DNA of 64,000 bases from an uncultured Methanosarcinales archaeon (GTDB lineage: Archaea; Halobacteriota; Methanosarcinia; Methanotrichales; Methanotrichaceae). A program made the translations under genes and the position numbers. The notes below the pieces were generated by a model. The model did not search any database. It saw nothing but the letters and a program-made list of their open reading frames with translations, and had not been told where the DNA came from. This document shows, piece after piece, positions 30,752 through 42,384 of the stretch; the first letter of the stretch is position 1, and each line of letters opens with the position of its first letter. The stretch is from positions 32,001 to 96,000 of the forward strand of contig CAWJKV010000016.1 of assembly GCA_963843555.1 (NCBI GenBank), given 5' to 3'.

Positions 30752-31737
30752 GGCAGTATCCCTCTGTTCTCAGCTAACGCCCTCACGTAGTCTCTTTCCG
30801 TCAGAATCCCCACCAAGGAACCCTTGTCCATAACGGGCAGCGATCCAATGTCGTTGTCCATCATCTTCCTGGCCGCCTGGCCCAGGTCGACTTTCTTGTC
30901 TGTAGCCAGCAAGCTTCTCTTGATCAGGCTCTTGATGGGCTGATTCATTACCTCACCGATGTCGCCGGTAACCACTTTTTCAAAGGCGTCGCCGCTGCCC
31001 AGATATTTCATGATATCCGAAGCTGTGACCATGCCCATGAGAACTCCGTCCTGAACGACAGGCATGCGGCGGAAGCCCTTCTGGATGATCATCCTTGTCA
31101 TCTTCTCAATAGTGGTTTGAGCCGGTGCCGTCACCACATTGGGGCTCATGAAGGACTCAACGGAAAGGCCAGTATCCAGGCCTCTGCAAAAGCGCACAAA
31201 GTCCTCTTCTGTTATTATGGCCCGGATGCGGCTGTCCTCGTCCACGATGGGAAGGCCACCCACGTTCTTTTCATACATCAGCTTCAGGACGTCGGTCAGG
31301 GAGGAATTGTCGCTGGCATAAGTGAGTTTATCGCTCATTATCTCCCTGATATCGGCGTTTATGGCTGTGAAGATGTTGCCCCCGTACTTCTCTTGCAGCA
31401 AGTTATGCCGTAGCCCACCGCCCAGAAAGTCTACGATATCCACGGATGTTACGAAGCCAATCAGCCTCTTTGTGCCGGCATCAGCAATAGGAAGCCGGGA
31501 GAAGCCGTAGAAGGTCATGGTCTTTATGGCACCCATGATGGTTGTTGTCGGCGGAACGGTGACTACATCAGGCGATGCTGCCCCAATCAGCTCGCTGATG
31601 TGCTTGGCATGCCTGGAGTCAAATTGCAGAGGTCCTCTATCCCCTGAGCCGGGGGCTCTGGGCATCCGATCGTTCTTTTGCGGTATCCTTGTTATCTCTT
31701 TTCCCGTAGTTGGACCGTTGCTCATCTTATTCACCAA
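30748..31737 (-). CDS. CBS-domain protein
   Basis: Four CBS motifs, DIVDFLGGG. Confidence 0.9.
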   Translation of the reverse strand: MVNKMSNGPTTGKEITRIPQKNDRMPRAPGSGDRGPLQFDSRHAKHISELIGAASPDVVTVPPTTTIMGAIKTMTFYGFSRLPIADAGTKRLIGFVTSVDIVDFLGGGLRHNLLQEKYGGNIFTAINADIREIMSDKLTYASDNSSLTDVLKLMYEKNVGGLPIVDEDSRIRAIITEEDFVRFCRGLDTGLSVESFMSPNVVTAPAQTTIEKMTRMIIQKGFRRMPVVQDGVLMGMVTASDIMKYLGSGDAFEKVVTGDIGEVMNQPIKSLIKRSLLATDKKVDLGQAARKMMDNDIGSLPVMDKGSLVGILTERDYVRALAENRGILP

Positions 31738-32497
31738 GGTAACTCTTGATCAGATCGTTTCTATCCGCTATTCCCGCGAGCTTTCCTTTATCCACAACTG
31801 ATATTCTGCCCACGTCATGCTTGAGCATCAGCTCGATGGCTGCGCGCACGCTTTCTTCCGGCCTTATGCTATATAATGGCGAGCTCATAAATTTCTCTAC
31901 TGGCATCGAATCCGACGGCCTTCTCTCACTCTCCTTGCCAATCCTGGCGGTGCCTTTTAGAAGATCAAATCTGGTGATCATTCCCATTGGCTTGCCGTCC
32001 TTAACCACAGGCAACCCGGTGAAGTCCTTCTCCACCATTTTGCCCCATACCTCAGTCATAGGGTCATCCGGGCTGGCGGTTACAACTTTGGTGGTCATGA
32101 CCTCGCTAATCAACTTATCAGGAACTTTGGATATGTCAATGTGCTTGAATATATCCATGAGGGTGACAACTCCCTTTAGCGTCAGGTTCTCCTGAGAATC
32201 CACCACGGGAAGCAAGGAGCTCTTCTCCTTGAGCATGATCCTCGCCGCTTCTAATACATCCGTTTTTTCAGTTACAGTGGGAACCTGCACCATGAAACCC
32301 GATATAGTAACATTCGATTTTGTAGACGTCACTCGCAGCATATCCTGATTTGTTACGATCCCCAGGACACGGCGTTTGCTATCCACGACCGGCAGTCCAC
32401 GCACATGGTTGTCTCTGATCAACTGACGCGCTTTGGTCAGAAAAGTCGAATCCTCAACGTATAGAGGATCTCTGGATAAAATATCTTCTACTAACAT
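31727..32497 (-). CDS. CBS-domain protein
   Basis: Four CBS motifs. Confidence 0.9.
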   Translation of the reverse strand: MLVEDILSRDPLYVEDSTFLTKARQLIRDNHVRGLPVVDSKRRVLGIVTNQDMLRVTSTKSNVTISGFMVQVPTVTEKTDVLEAARIMLKEKSSLLPVVDSQENLTLKGVVTLMDIFKHIDISKVPDKLISEVMTTKVVTASPDDPMTEVWGKMVEKDFTGLPVVKDGKPMGMITRFDLLKGTARIGKESERRPSDSMPVEKFMSSPLYSIRPEESVRAAIELMLKHDVGRISVVDKGKLAGIADRNDLIKSYLGE

Positions 32498-32527
32498 TAT
32501 TACTCCCCTGCTGTCCCGGAATAATTT

Positions 32528-33082
32528 CTATCTGTTTCCGTCCCTGCAGCTCCAGCAGAGCAACTCGCCATTATGGCTCTCCAGGGTATCCGAAAGCTGG
32601 CCGCAAACTTCGCAGATTCCGCGCACCACTCCACTAGGCTGATCGAAATGGACGCTCTCCCGGTGCATCTCCAGCAGATCGCTCAAGATCTCATTCAAAC
32701 CGAGGGAGGACCCTGAGACCAGATCTGTATCGGTAATTATACCCACGAGCTTTCCTTGGAATATCACGGGCAGTCGTTTGACTCCGGCTCGGAGCATCAA
32801 CGCTGCTGCGTCACGTAGGCTTGCATCGGGTTCTATGGAGTTCATAGGTGAGCTCATGATCTCTCCCACCTTTAAATTTCTGGGATCGATTCCTTGGGCT
32901 ATGACCTTTTTCACCAGGTCTCTTTCCGTCAGAATGCCTGTGGGCTTGTCGCCGCATACTATTATCAGACTTCCCACATTGGCCGAGCCCATCTTCTTGG
33001 CAGCGCTTAGTATGTCCAGGTCGGCATCGGCTGTGATCACTGGCCGTGTCATGATGTCTCGCACTGGGATCTCTGTTTCCAT
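32528..33082 (-). CDS. CBS-domain protein with C-terminal zinc ribbon
   Basis: Two CBS motifs plus GICEVCG...LCWSC. Confidence 0.9.
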   Translation of the reverse strand: METEIPVRDIMTRPVITADADLDILSAAKKMGSANVGSLIIVCGDKPTGILTERDLVKKVIAQGIDPRNLKVGEIMSSPMNSIEPDASLRDAAALMLRAGVKRLPVIFQGKLVGIITDTDLVSGSSLGLNEILSDLLEMHRESVHFDQPSGVVRGICEVCGQLSDTLESHNGELLCWSCRDGNR

Positions 33083-33188
33083 TGGCCAATCTCTCCGTGA
33101 TAGCTCTATGTGCTTATTAGAGTGCTAATGATATAAAAGGCTACTCCGGTTCAATCGGATATGATATGATTAATATTATTTTTTTCTC

Positions 33189-33665
33189 TTATTCCCGGAT
33201 GTGCTTAAGGATGTGTTCTATTTCTGCCATGATAAGCTCCATGCCGAGGCGCGCCGCGCCTGGCGAGCCGGGCAGACAAAAAACAGGCTTTCCACGATGA
33301 ATTCCGGCTGTTGCACGGGTAAGCATGGCACGGGTCCCCACCTCATCCAGGCTTCGCCAGCGGAAGATCTCTCCAAAGCCGGGAAGCGTTTTTTCGAAGA
33401 GCGGCTCCACGGCTTCCAGTGTTAAGTCCAGGTGAGTGAGACCTGTGCCTCCGCAGATAACCACGGCGTCGGCAACGCTCTTTTCCACTGCCTCCCGGAT
33501 AGGCTCAATGCCGTCTGGAAGGAGCCGGTATTGGGCTATATGTCCAGCAGCTTCGATCTTCTCCTGGATCACTTTTCCGGAGAGGTCTTCTGCCCCTTCC
33601 GGGCTCGACACAGGCCCGAACCTGTTGAAACGGGAGGTGCTTGCGACCACTATATCAATGATCAT
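33189..33665 (-). CDS. moaB: Molybdenum cofactor biosynthesis protein MoaB/MogA
   Basis: DLSG, GGTG....D.T.EA, PGFGE.FR, LPGSP. Confidence 0.88.
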   Translation of the reverse strand: MIIDIVVASTSRFNRFGPVSSPEGAEDLSGKVIQEKIEAAGHIAQYRLLPDGIEPIREAVEKSVADAVVICGGTGLTHLDLTLEAVEPLFEKTLPGFGEIFRWRSLDEVGTRAMLTRATAGIHRGKPVFCLPGSPGAARLGMELIMAEIEHILKHIRE

Positions 33666-33748
33666 GCTAATCCCTTTCTGGATAAGGATAAAATTTTTCC
33701 CGTGGGGTTCCTATTTAAGCCAAGAGATGTGGCGAGAAGGAATGATCT

Positions 33749-34789
33749 ATGTCGCTATTAGCTGTTGATGTGGGGGCAGGCACCCAGGACATTCTGCTCT
33801 ATCAGGAGGGGGTGCCTATGGAAGGTTTGACCAAGATGGTTTTGCCTAGTCAGACCATACTGGTGGGAAACAGGATAAGCCGGGCCAGGCTGGAGGGAAA
33901 GGATGTGTTCCTGCGCGGGCCGACCATGGGGGGCGGAGCCTCTACCATAGCAGTCAGATGGCACATCGCTGCAGGCCTGAGGGTTTATGCCACCCCAAAC
34001 GCTGCAGCTTCCATAAACGATAATCTGGAGCGCGTAGCTGCCATGGGCGTCACCATCCAGGAGGATGCGCCGGCATCAGCCGAGATCATTGAGACAGGGG
34101 ATGTCGACATTCCGGCGCTCCGTCGCGCCTTCCTTGCCTTCGACATCGCCCTTCCAAGAGAGATTGCAGTTGCTGTACAGGATCACGGTTACTCCCCGCA
34201 AAAGTCAAATCGCATGGTTCGGTTTGAGCATCTGGCCGAAGCCATCCGCTCTGGTGGGAGCCTGGAGGCCTTTGCCTACCGGCAGCCTCCTCGAGTCGAT
34301 GACCAGGATGCAGCGCCGTTCGGGACACACTGGCGAGAGAGGGATTTGAGCCTCTCCTCATGGACACTGGCCCGGCAGCCATCTTTGGGGCAGCCCTGGA
34401 TTCTCGTATTCAGTGATCCCGCGCTAATCATCAACTTCGGCAACGGCCATACTGTGGCTGCCCTCCTGGATGAGGGCCGGATCACTGCCATCTTCGAGCA
34501 CCACACCTCCGGTCTCGGGCCGGAAAAGCTGCGAGATTTTGCAGAAAAGCTGTGCAACGGAAAATTGTTGAACAGCGAGATATTCGAGGATGGGGGTCAC
34601 GGAGCTTATATCGATAGAGTTCCTGATGTCGTCAGGTCGATTCTCGTCACCGGACCATGCCGGGAGAAGTTTCTATCCTGCGGGGCTTTGAAAGGTGCAG
34701 TGGCGGCATCACCCGCAGGGGATATGATGATCACGGGCTGCCTTGGACTTGTCAGGGCCTGGAAGAAGAAGGAGGTTCTATGGAGATAG
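33749..34789 (+). CDS. DUF1786-family protein (actin-like fold), with internal compensating frameshifts
   Basis: LAVDVGAGTQDIL, AVAVQDHG, NFGNGHT, FEHHT, DGGHG, PAGDMMITGC. Confidence 0.82.
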   Translation: MSLLAVDVGAGTQDILLYQEGVPMEGLTKMVLPSQTILVGNRISRARLEGKDVFLRGPTMGGGASTIAVRWHIAAGLRVYATPNAAASINDNLERVAAMGVTIQEDAPASAEIIETGDVDIPALRRAFLAFDIALPREIAVAVQDHGYSPQKSNRMVRFEHLAEAIRSGGSLEAFAYRQPPRVDDQDAAPFGTHWRERDLSLSSWTLARQPSLGQPWILVFSDPALIINFGNGHTVAALLDEGRITAIFEHHTSGLGPEKLRDFAEKLCNGKLLNSEIFEDGGHGAYIDRVPDVVRSILVTGPCREKFLSCGALKGAVAASPAGDMMITGCLGLVRAWKKKEVLWR

Positions 34790-35352
34790 GCAGAGGCGCA
34801 GAAGCGGTAGTAACTCTGGAGAACGGCGTGGTCAATAAGTTGAGGCTGCCCAAGAGCTACAGGCAGACAGATCTGGACCGGCGCATCCGGCAAGAGCGAA
34901 CTCTGCGGGAGGCCAGGCTCACAAGCGACGCCCGCAGGCATGGAGTTCTTACGCCCATCATCTGCGACGTCTCTCGCTTTGAGCTGAAGATGGAGTATGT
35001 AGAAGGCGAAAAGCTGAAAGATGTCATCAACATTGAACTCTCTACGAAGGTGGGAGAGATGGTGGGAAGGCTGCATGGGGGAGGAATCATTCATGGGGAT
35101 CTGACCACCTCCAATATGATCCTTGTGCGGGGCAAAATCTGCCTGATCGACTTCGGTCTCGCATTTTACGAAAAATCCATTGAAGCGCAGGGTGTTGACG
35201 TTCATGTTTACTTCCAGACCCTGGAGAGCACTCATGACTGTTCAGAAGAGCTGATTGAGGCCTTCCAGATCGGATACACTCGGACCTATCCTGAAGCAAA
35301 GAAGGTCCTGAAGCGGGTGTTGGAGATCAAGGCGCGGGGAAGATACCTTTGA
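34780..35352 (+). CDS. bud32: KEOPS complex kinase Bud32
   Basis: [29 protein letters not shown]-terminal RGRY. Confidence 0.92.
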   Translation: MEIGRGAEAVVTLENGVVNKLRLPKSYRQTDLDRRIRQERTLREARLTSDARRHGVLTPIICDVSRFELKMEYVEGEKLKDVINIELSTKVGEMVGRLHGGGIIHGDLTTSNMILVRGKICLIDFGLAFYEKSIEAQGVDVHVYFQTLESTHDCSEELIEAFQIGYTRTYPEAKKVLKRVLEIKARGRYL

Positions 35353-35422
35353 ATTAACAGTAAATCAGCAACTTTATCTAGGTATGATCACAAGTTCAAA
35401 TTTAATTCCAGGTGATAATCCA

Positions 35423-35692
35423 ATGGCTGAAGATGATGTCGTATTCGTCGGCAACAAGCCTGTGATGAACTATGTGCTGGCAGTGGTTACACAGTTCAAC
35501 GGCGGCGCAAAGGATGTCAGGATCATGGCCAGAGGCCGGGCGATCTCCAGAGCGGTGGATGTGGCAGAGGTCTCAAGGTCCCGATTTCTTCCCGATGTAA
35601 CGGTGTTGGGAATTCAGATCTCTACCGAGACCCTCAACACCGACCGGGGAGAGACCAATGTTTCAGCAATTGAAATCACACTTGGGAAGTGA
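35423..35692 (+). CDS. albA: DNA/RNA-binding protein Alba
   Basis: [34 protein letters not shown]. Confidence 0.96.
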   Translation: MAEDDVVFVGNKPVMNYVLAVVTQFNGGAKDVRIMARGRAISRAVDVAEVSRSRFLPDVTVLGIQISTETLNTDRGETNVSAIEITLGK

Positions 35693-35702
35693 GCCTTCCA
35701 TT

Positions 35703-36317
35703 TTGACAACCTCGCTTGGCATCATATCCTCGGGGAGAGGAGAAAACCTTCGTTATATTCTGCTAGCAGAGCGCTCCGGTTATCTTCCTGCCCAGGTGAA
35801 GATAGTCCTGACCGATCAGGCGGATGCAGGCGCCCTCGAGATCGCCCGCGAGTTTGGGGTTCCGGGCCTTTGCCTCGATCCCAGAGATAAGACTCGTGAA
35901 GAGTACGACCGGGAGCTCATGGCACATCTGGAGGCATCAGGCGTTGAATTGGTTGTGCTCACGGGTTTCATGAGGATCCTCTCACCCGCTTTTGTCCGGC
36001 GTTACAGGGATAGGATCTTGAATATTCATCCCGCTCTCCTGCCCTCTTTTCGGGGCATGGATGCCTTTGGACAGGCTCTGGACCACGGCGTCAAGTGGAC
36101 AGGTACCACCATCCATATCGTTGATGAGGACGTGGACCATGGTCCCATCGTCTACCAGAGGCCGGTGCCAGTTAAAGAGAACGATACCCATGAGAGCCTG
36201 AAAGCCAGGATTCAGAGGGCGGAGTATAAGGCCTATCCCAAGGCGATAAAGATGTTTATAGAAGGGAAGCCCAAAGTCGTGGGAAGGAAGATCGTCTTCG
36301 AGGAAGAGGCGGAGTAA
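35703..36317 (+). CDS. purN: Phosphoribosylglycinamide formyltransferase
   Basis: SGRGENL, GFMRIL, NIHPALLPSFRG, D.GPI. Confidence 0.93.
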   Translation: MTTSLGIISSGRGENLRYILLAERSGYLPAQVKIVLTDQADAGALEIAREFGVPGLCLDPRDKTREEYDRELMAHLEASGVELVVLTGFMRILSPAFVRRYRDRILNIHPALLPSFRGMDAFGQALDHGVKWTGTTIHIVDEDVDHGPIVYQRPVPVKENDTHESLKARIQRAEYKAYPKAIKMFIEGKPKVVGRKIVFEEEAE

Positions 36318-36318
36318 G

Positions 36319-36810
36319 ATGGAAAAATTATGGGCACCCTGGCGCATCGAATACATCCTCAGCAAGAAGCCTGCTGGCTGCATATTCTGCGACAAGCCCG
36401 GTGAGAACAGGGATGAAGAGAACCTGATTCTCCACCGGGGCAAATACAATTTCATCATCATGAACGCTTTTCCCTACAACAATGGCCATATGATGGTGGT
36501 TCCTTTCCGGCATACGGCCACCCTGGCGGGCTGGGCACCGGAGGAGCAGCAAGAGATGATGCAAATGGCCGATCTTGCTGTGGAGCTGCTGCGCAAAACG
36601 ATGCGCCCGGACGGTTTCAACCTGGGGATCAATATGGGCATTGTGGGTGGAGCAGGGGTTGCGGATCACATCCACTTGCACGTCGTGCCCCGCTGGAACG
36701 GAGACACCAACTTCATGCCGGTGCTCTCAGAGACGCGAGTGATATCGGAGCATCTGCGGGCGACCTTTGAGATGCTGAAAAAGGCTCTTGATGAGATGGA
36801 GTTGGGCTAG
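36319..36810 (+). CDS. HIT-family hydrolase
   Basis: LWAPWR, CIFC, HIHLHVVPRW. Confidence 0.93.
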   Translation: MEKLWAPWRIEYILSKKPAGCIFCDKPGENRDEENLILHRGKYNFIIMNAFPYNNGHMMVVPFRHTATLAGWAPEEQQEMMQMADLAVELLRKTMRPDGFNLGINMGIVGGAGVADHIHLHVVPRWNGDTNFMPVLSETRVISEHLRATFEMLKKALDEMELG

Positions 36811-36953
36811 AGCCGAACTTCTCCGGTTCATAGAGTCGCTTTATTTAACCGTTGCAGAGGTCATGCCTGGCACTTGGTTTTGCTTTTCAGCCACCGGCTT
36901 CGAGCCTCTCCCATGTAAAGCTTTTTTAAGCTCCTCCTATAATTCTCTCGCCC

Positions 36954-37835
36954 ATGTTCTATATCGGAGAATACGATGAAGAAGAGGCCAAGGAGATCCG
37001 GACCTTTCTCTCCAATGCGGGCATCAGAGTCGAGTCGAAGCCTTTTCTGGTGGTGACTGAGGAGGAGACCAGCTCCCTTCATGGCAGGCACAGCCTTCTC
37101 AAGAGTCTGGCAAAAGACATGGATGAGTACGAGCACTCTTTATCAGTGCTGAAGAGCGTCCTATCCCGGAGCACTACAGAAGAGGAATTTGATGAGCTCT
37201 TCATGGAGGAGCTGGATCCCACCATGACAGAAAAGAGGGATAAGATCATGGCGCTCAGCGAGAGCCCGGACAGCCTTTCTGAGGAAGATAAGGAAGCCCT
37301 GGAGTTCAGTTCAGCAGAATGGTTGAGCTTTCTAATAAGGTCGCATAAAGCCAAAATCTTTGCCAAATCCGTCCTTTCTTTGAACGATATAAAGATAGGA
37401 GAGCCGGCAGGAGATAAGCTGGATGACCCTCTGCTGGATATTCCTGCCAATCCAGGAGATTATGACCCAGAACCTGAGCAGTTGAAGACAACCGTCGGAT
37501 TCTATCTGGAGAAGTCAGTTGGAATCTTTGCCGATGAGTTCACAACGCCGCTCTCCAGCGAGCTGGATGAGGAGTTCTGTGATTTATATCCCGACGAGTA
37601 CCAGAGTCTCAGGGTGCTGGGAATGCTTATCGAAAAACTGGCCACATCGCCCACATCCCGGAAGATGGATTTTGAGGAATTTGTAAAGAACTGCACAATG
37701 CAGCTGAAAGTTGAAGACGGGGAAGATATCCTGATCGATGGGAAGAATGTTGCCGAGGAGCTGGCCAAGGTGCTGGAGAAGAGCGATGTGGTGAAGGTCA
37801 AGGGAGATAAAATCAAGTGGAAGGGCGAGAGATAG
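36954..37835 (+). CDS. Acidic hypothetical protein
   Basis: 293-aa ORF with normal coding composition; no motif recognised. Confidence 0.7.
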   Translation: MFYIGEYDEEEAKEIRTFLSNAGIRVESKPFLVVTEEETSSLHGRHSLLKSLAKDMDEYEHSLSVLKSVLSRSTTEEEFDELFMEELDPTMTEKRDKIMALSESPDSLSEEDKEALEFSSAEWLSFLIRSHKAKIFAKSVLSLNDIKIGEPAGDKLDDPLLDIPANPGDYDPEPEQLKTTVGFYLEKSVGIFADEFTTPLSSELDEEFCDLYPDEYQSLRVLGMLIEKLATSPTSRKMDFEEFVKNCTMQLKVEDGEDILIDGKNVAEELAKVLEKSDVVKVKGDKIKWKGER

Positions 37836-38029
37836 CGGGCATATGAGATGGATGTTGAAGCTGTAACAATATCTAGCTGCGACAGAAGCATTTGGGGCGA
37901 AGCGCGAGAGGGAGCCCAGCTTTCGCCTTTTCCAGGGGCAGCATTCATTCCGATTTTTTACGAATCCAATATTGGATCTATGCTGTCGGCATGATTAGCT
38001 ATTTAAGCGAAAATTTCCATTTATAAGCA

Positions 38030-40739
38030 ATGATCTTCCAGATCCTGGACGCTAATTACACCTACGATTCAGATAGAAATCCTCTGGTGCAGCTCTTCGG
38101 CACTACGCCCGAGGGAAGAAGCGTTACCTGCCGTGTGGCTGGCTTTCGGCCCTATTTTTACGCGGGGGTGGAGGAAGGCTCCTGGAAGAGCGCGACCGAG
38201 GATCTTCGGGCATTGGGACTGGAGGTAGAGGTGGTAGAGCGCTTTGAGCCCATCGGCTTTCAGACCATTCACCAAGAAGATGCTCAAGATCACCACCCAC
38301 GACCCCAAAGAGGTGAGACAGTCTCAGGGAAAGGGCAAAAGAGGTGGTCCGGCATCAAAGCCGTTTACGAGACGGATATTCTCTTCAAGAACAGGTTTCT
38401 CATCGACCGATCCCTGGGCGGCATGGGATGGGTGGAAGCGCCCATTCCGGAGTGGACCGTCCGGCCAGCGACGCGTCACATGCGGCCGCCTCTGCCCTAC
38501 CACTGGTAAATGTTGAGTCCCTGCATCCGGTGCAGCATGAGGCCAATGCACCGCTGCGCTTTATGAGCTTTGATATCGAGTGCCTGCCCGATCAGGGGGA
38601 GATGCCCAAGGCGGAAAAGTCGCCGGTCATTTTAATCAGCATGGCCTTCGAGCCGGAGTATCAGGGCCAAAAGGACCTGGTGCTGGTGGGAAAGAATATC
38701 GACTGCCCTCGTCCGGACACAAGAGCCTGCCAGGATGAGTACGATCTCTTGGCCCAGTTTGCTTCCATCTTCAGGGATTACAATCCGGATATCCTGGCCG
38801 GCTACAACTCCAATGAGTTCGATTTTCCCTACCTGCAGGAGAGGGCCAGGCAAAATCGCGTGGAGGCGCGAGTGGGCCGGGACGGCAACTCCTGGTATAT
38901 AAGGAAGATCGTAAACAGAACCGACGTCTCCATTACCGGCCGGGTGGTAGTGGACCTGCTGCCCATCATCCGCTCCTCCTACAGCCTCAAGCAGTACACC
39001 CTCAGAAACGCGGCAGCCGAACTTCTCAAGAATGGAGAAGTACGACGTGGACCCCAAAGAGATCGAGGCCCTCTGGGCGGAAGAGCGGATGGCGAAGGTC
39101 TGCGCCGCTTCATCAGCTACTCTCGACGAGATGCCGTACTGGCTATGCACATGCTCCTCGACCTGCGGCTGATGGACAAGTACATCGCCCTCTCCCGGGC
39201 CAGTGGCTCATTGCTGCAGGACATCGTGAACGGCGGGCAGTCGGGAATGGTAGAGAACCTGCTCATGCGCCGCTTCCGGGAGAGGGGCCGGGTGGTGCCG
39301 CCCAAGCCCGATGCAGACGTCTCGGATGAGCGCTATGTGGAGAACGAGGGCCTGAAAGGGGGAGCCGTCCTGGTGCCGGAGAAGGGGCTGGTGGAGGATG
39401 TGGTCATCCTGGACTACAAGTCCCTTTATCCGACCATTATGATGGCCCATAACCTCTGCTACACGACCGTATTGCCGGTTCACCGGCCGAGACAATGCGG
39501 CAAAGGTGAGCGGAGCGAAGGCATCATAACTGCTCCCTCGGGCGGCAGGTTCGTCTCCCCCCAGGTCTCGCCGGGCATCATGCCTGCCGTCTTGCGGGAG
39601 CTGCTCGATGAGAGGACCGCGACCAAAAATCTGATGAAGAAGGCCGGCGAGGACGAGCGCCGTTTTTTGGATGCCAAGCAGAACGCCATGAAGATTCTGC
39701 TCAACAGCTTTTACGGCTACTCGGGCTACGCCCGGGCCCGGCTCTACAGCCTGGCACTGGCCAATGCCGTCACGTCATTTGGCCGGGAGAACATTCTGCG
39801 CACCAAGAAGATCATTGATGAGATCGGCTCAGGCCTACGTGATAGACGGAGAGGTGGTCTTCAAGGATGCACTGCCTTTCGGAAAGGCGGCAGAGAAATG
39901 CTTTGACCTTTCCGTGGTCTATGGGGACACGGACAGTGTCTTTGTGCGGCTGCGGCCCGCCGGGCCAGGATGGCGGAGCCAGTCTCGCTGCGAAGATGCA
40001 GAGCTGATCGGCAGAAAGATCGCAGAGACTGTCACCTCCATCTCTTCCCGCGCCCATGGAGCTGGTCTTCGAGGCCTTCGCCCGGCGCGGCATCTTTCTG
40101 GCCAAGAAACGCTACGCTCTCTGGGTCTTCGAACCGATGGGCGACGGCTGGAAGGATAGAATCAAGGTGAGAGGCATGGAGACGGTGCGGCGGGACTGGT
40201 GCGGTCTGACCTCGAAGACACTCAAGACCTGCCTGGAGCTGGTGCTCAAAGAGGGCAAGGTGGAGGAGGCGGTAGAGCACGTCCGCTCCGTGGTGCTCCG
40301 GCTGCAGAATCTGGATCTCTCTCTGGACCCGACCTTCCTGGAGGAGCTCACTCTGACGCGCCGCTACACCAAGAGTACCGGCTCCTACAAGAACAAGCAG
40401 CCGCATATCCAACTGGTGGAGAAGATCAGAGAGCGGGGCGGACAGCGTGCCGGGCGTGGGCGACAGGGTGCCCTTTGTCATCATCCAGGGAAAGAGGGGC
40501 AAAAAGAACAAAGAGCTGTTCGTGAACCGGGCGGAGGACCCGGCCTTTGTTTTGGAGAAGAACATGCCACTGGACACAGAGTACTACGTGGAAAAGCAGA
40601 TCTTGCCGCCCGTGCTGCGCATCTTCGAGAGCTTTGGGGTCACCAAGGACCGGCTTTGCTCGGGAAAGGGACAGAGCAATCTGTTCAGCTTCGGAGGCGT
40701 CCCAAAGAGCAGAAGCAGAAGTCGCTGTTTGATTTTTAG
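38030..40739 (+). CDS. polB: Family B DNA polymerase, frameshifted
   Basis: FDIE exonuclease motif, GYNSNEFDFPY, DYKSLYP, KILLNSFYGY, YGDTDS, KKRY. Confidence 0.95.
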
Positions 40740-40811
40740 CAGACAGGATCTGTTGAAATTTTGTACCTATGTTATACACAATCGTCTATATGATTCTCCG
40801 AGTCCTTAGAT

Positions 40812-41099
40812 GTGACTATGGCATGGAAGGAGATAAGTGCAATAGGTATCACTGTGATCGTAATTATGCTGGCATTGCCAACCGCCAGTGCGTCTAATGA
40901 TTCCCTCCTGGATCTGAGGTCCTTGATATCAGGCTTCGAAGATCCTCGCATGAACTCTGAGGATCTTGCATTCTACCTGGTCACTCACGACTTCGATGCC
41001 ACTCCAAAAGGCGGATGTGTTGAGGTCGATCTGGATGGAGATCTCTACACACTCACTCCCAACGGCGTGGCTCCAGGGCTCTGCTGCATAGTATCCTGA
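40812..41099 (+). CDS. Small secreted hypothetical protein
   Basis: Signal peptide, 95 aa. Confidence 0.6.
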   Translation: MTMAWKEISAIGITVIVIMLALPTASASNDSLLDLRSLISGFEDPRMNSEDLAFYLVTHDFDATPKGGCVEVDLDGDLYTLTPNGVAPGLCCIVS

Positions 41100-41437
41100 T
41101 CCCACCAGACGCATATCAGCCAGCCAAGGCCATTTTATCCCCTTCCTTTCTGGGCTTCTCCTAAATCCGATAATCCTCTAACCGAATTGATAATGACCTG
41201 TCAGCTTTTATGATTCTCTCTATCAAGGGATGATCTGTGCCCTTTGGTCTATCCATTCGGACCAAAAGAGGCATCGACAAATCCCTGGCGCAGGCTGTGC
41301 TGGAGAGTTGATCCAGGCTATGGTTCACGGTTACCTTGTTCGTCAGGAAGACTCTCTCGCAAGTTGTGCATTTCTAGGCGCTGGGTGCCCTAAGTCCAGG
41401 CAAAAGAATCATTACTTTTGTCTGAGAAGAAGGGTCC

Positions 41438-42376
41438 ATGATCTATACGATTACACTAAACCCAGCGCTGGACCGCACCTTATGGATTCAAAAGGTGCGC
41501 AACGACGTATCCAACCGCATATTGGAGGAGAAGAGCTTCGCGGGAGGCAAGAGCGTTGATGTCTCCAAGGTGCTCAAGAACATGGGCGTGGACAACATAG
41601 CTCTGGGGTTTGTAGGAGGCTTCGCTGGTCGAGAGCTGGAAGGAAGATTGCTGAACGAAGGCATCGAGACAGACTTTGTGCGTGTCTCAGGCGAGACGCG
41701 CACCAACATCATAATTCATGAGAAGGAGACAGGAAAGCAGCTGGCCTTCAATGCCCGCGGCCCGGAGATAAAACCGGAAGAGCTGATGCAACTTGTGGAG
41801 CAGTTGGAGAAATTGCCTTGCGGCGAAGTGGTTGCCATCGGAGGCAGTATCCCTCTCGGAGTGAGCCCCGAGATCTATCGCAAGATCATAAGCCTTGTGA
41901 AAAGATGCGAGGCCAAAGTGGTGTTGGATGTAGATGGCGAGGCGCTGCGCCAGGGAATCAAGGCCATGCCCAATATCATAAAGCCCAACATCCACGAGCT
42001 ATCTGGGCTTATAGGAAGAGAGCTAAAGGATCTAGAAGAAATCATCAGAGCATCCAGGGATATCAACCGGCAAGGAGTGGAAATCGTTCTTGTATCCATG
42101 GGCGCAAAAGGGATACTTCTGGTCTCCGACGGCCAGCAGTACCTGGCGGTGCCACCCAATGTGAATGTGGAGAGCACAATAGGCGCCGGAGACTCTGCAG
42201 TAGCCGGGTTCATCTTTGGCCTTGTGCAGAAGAAAGACCTTTCTGAGTGTCTGGTCTATGCCGCTGCGGCAGGGACCGCCACCACACTGCATCAGGGAAC
42301 AGCGCTCGGTCAGAAAGATGATTTCGACAGGCTTGTGCCCCTGGTGTCGCTGACCGATCTTTCCGAGAAGGCATGA
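41438..42376 (+). CDS. 1-phosphofructokinase-family (PfkB) sugar kinase
   Basis: TITLNPALD, GGKSVDVS, TRTN, IKPN..E, STIGAGDS. Confidence 0.92.
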   Translation: MIYTITLNPALDRTLWIQKVRNDVSNRILEEKSFAGGKSVDVSKVLKNMGVDNIALGFVGGFAGRELEGRLLNEGIETDFVRVSGETRTNIIIHEKETGKQLAFNARGPEIKPEELMQLVEQLEKLPCGEVVAIGGSIPLGVSPEIYRKIISLVKRCEAKVVLDVDGEALRQGIKAMPNIIKPNIHELSGLIGRELKDLEEIIRASRDINRQGVEIVLVSMGAKGILLVSDGQQYLAVPPNVNVESTIGAGDSAVAGFIFGLVQKKDLSECLVYAAAAGTATTLHQGTALGQKDDFDRLVPLVSLTDLSEKA

Positions 42377-42384
42377 GGTGGAAA

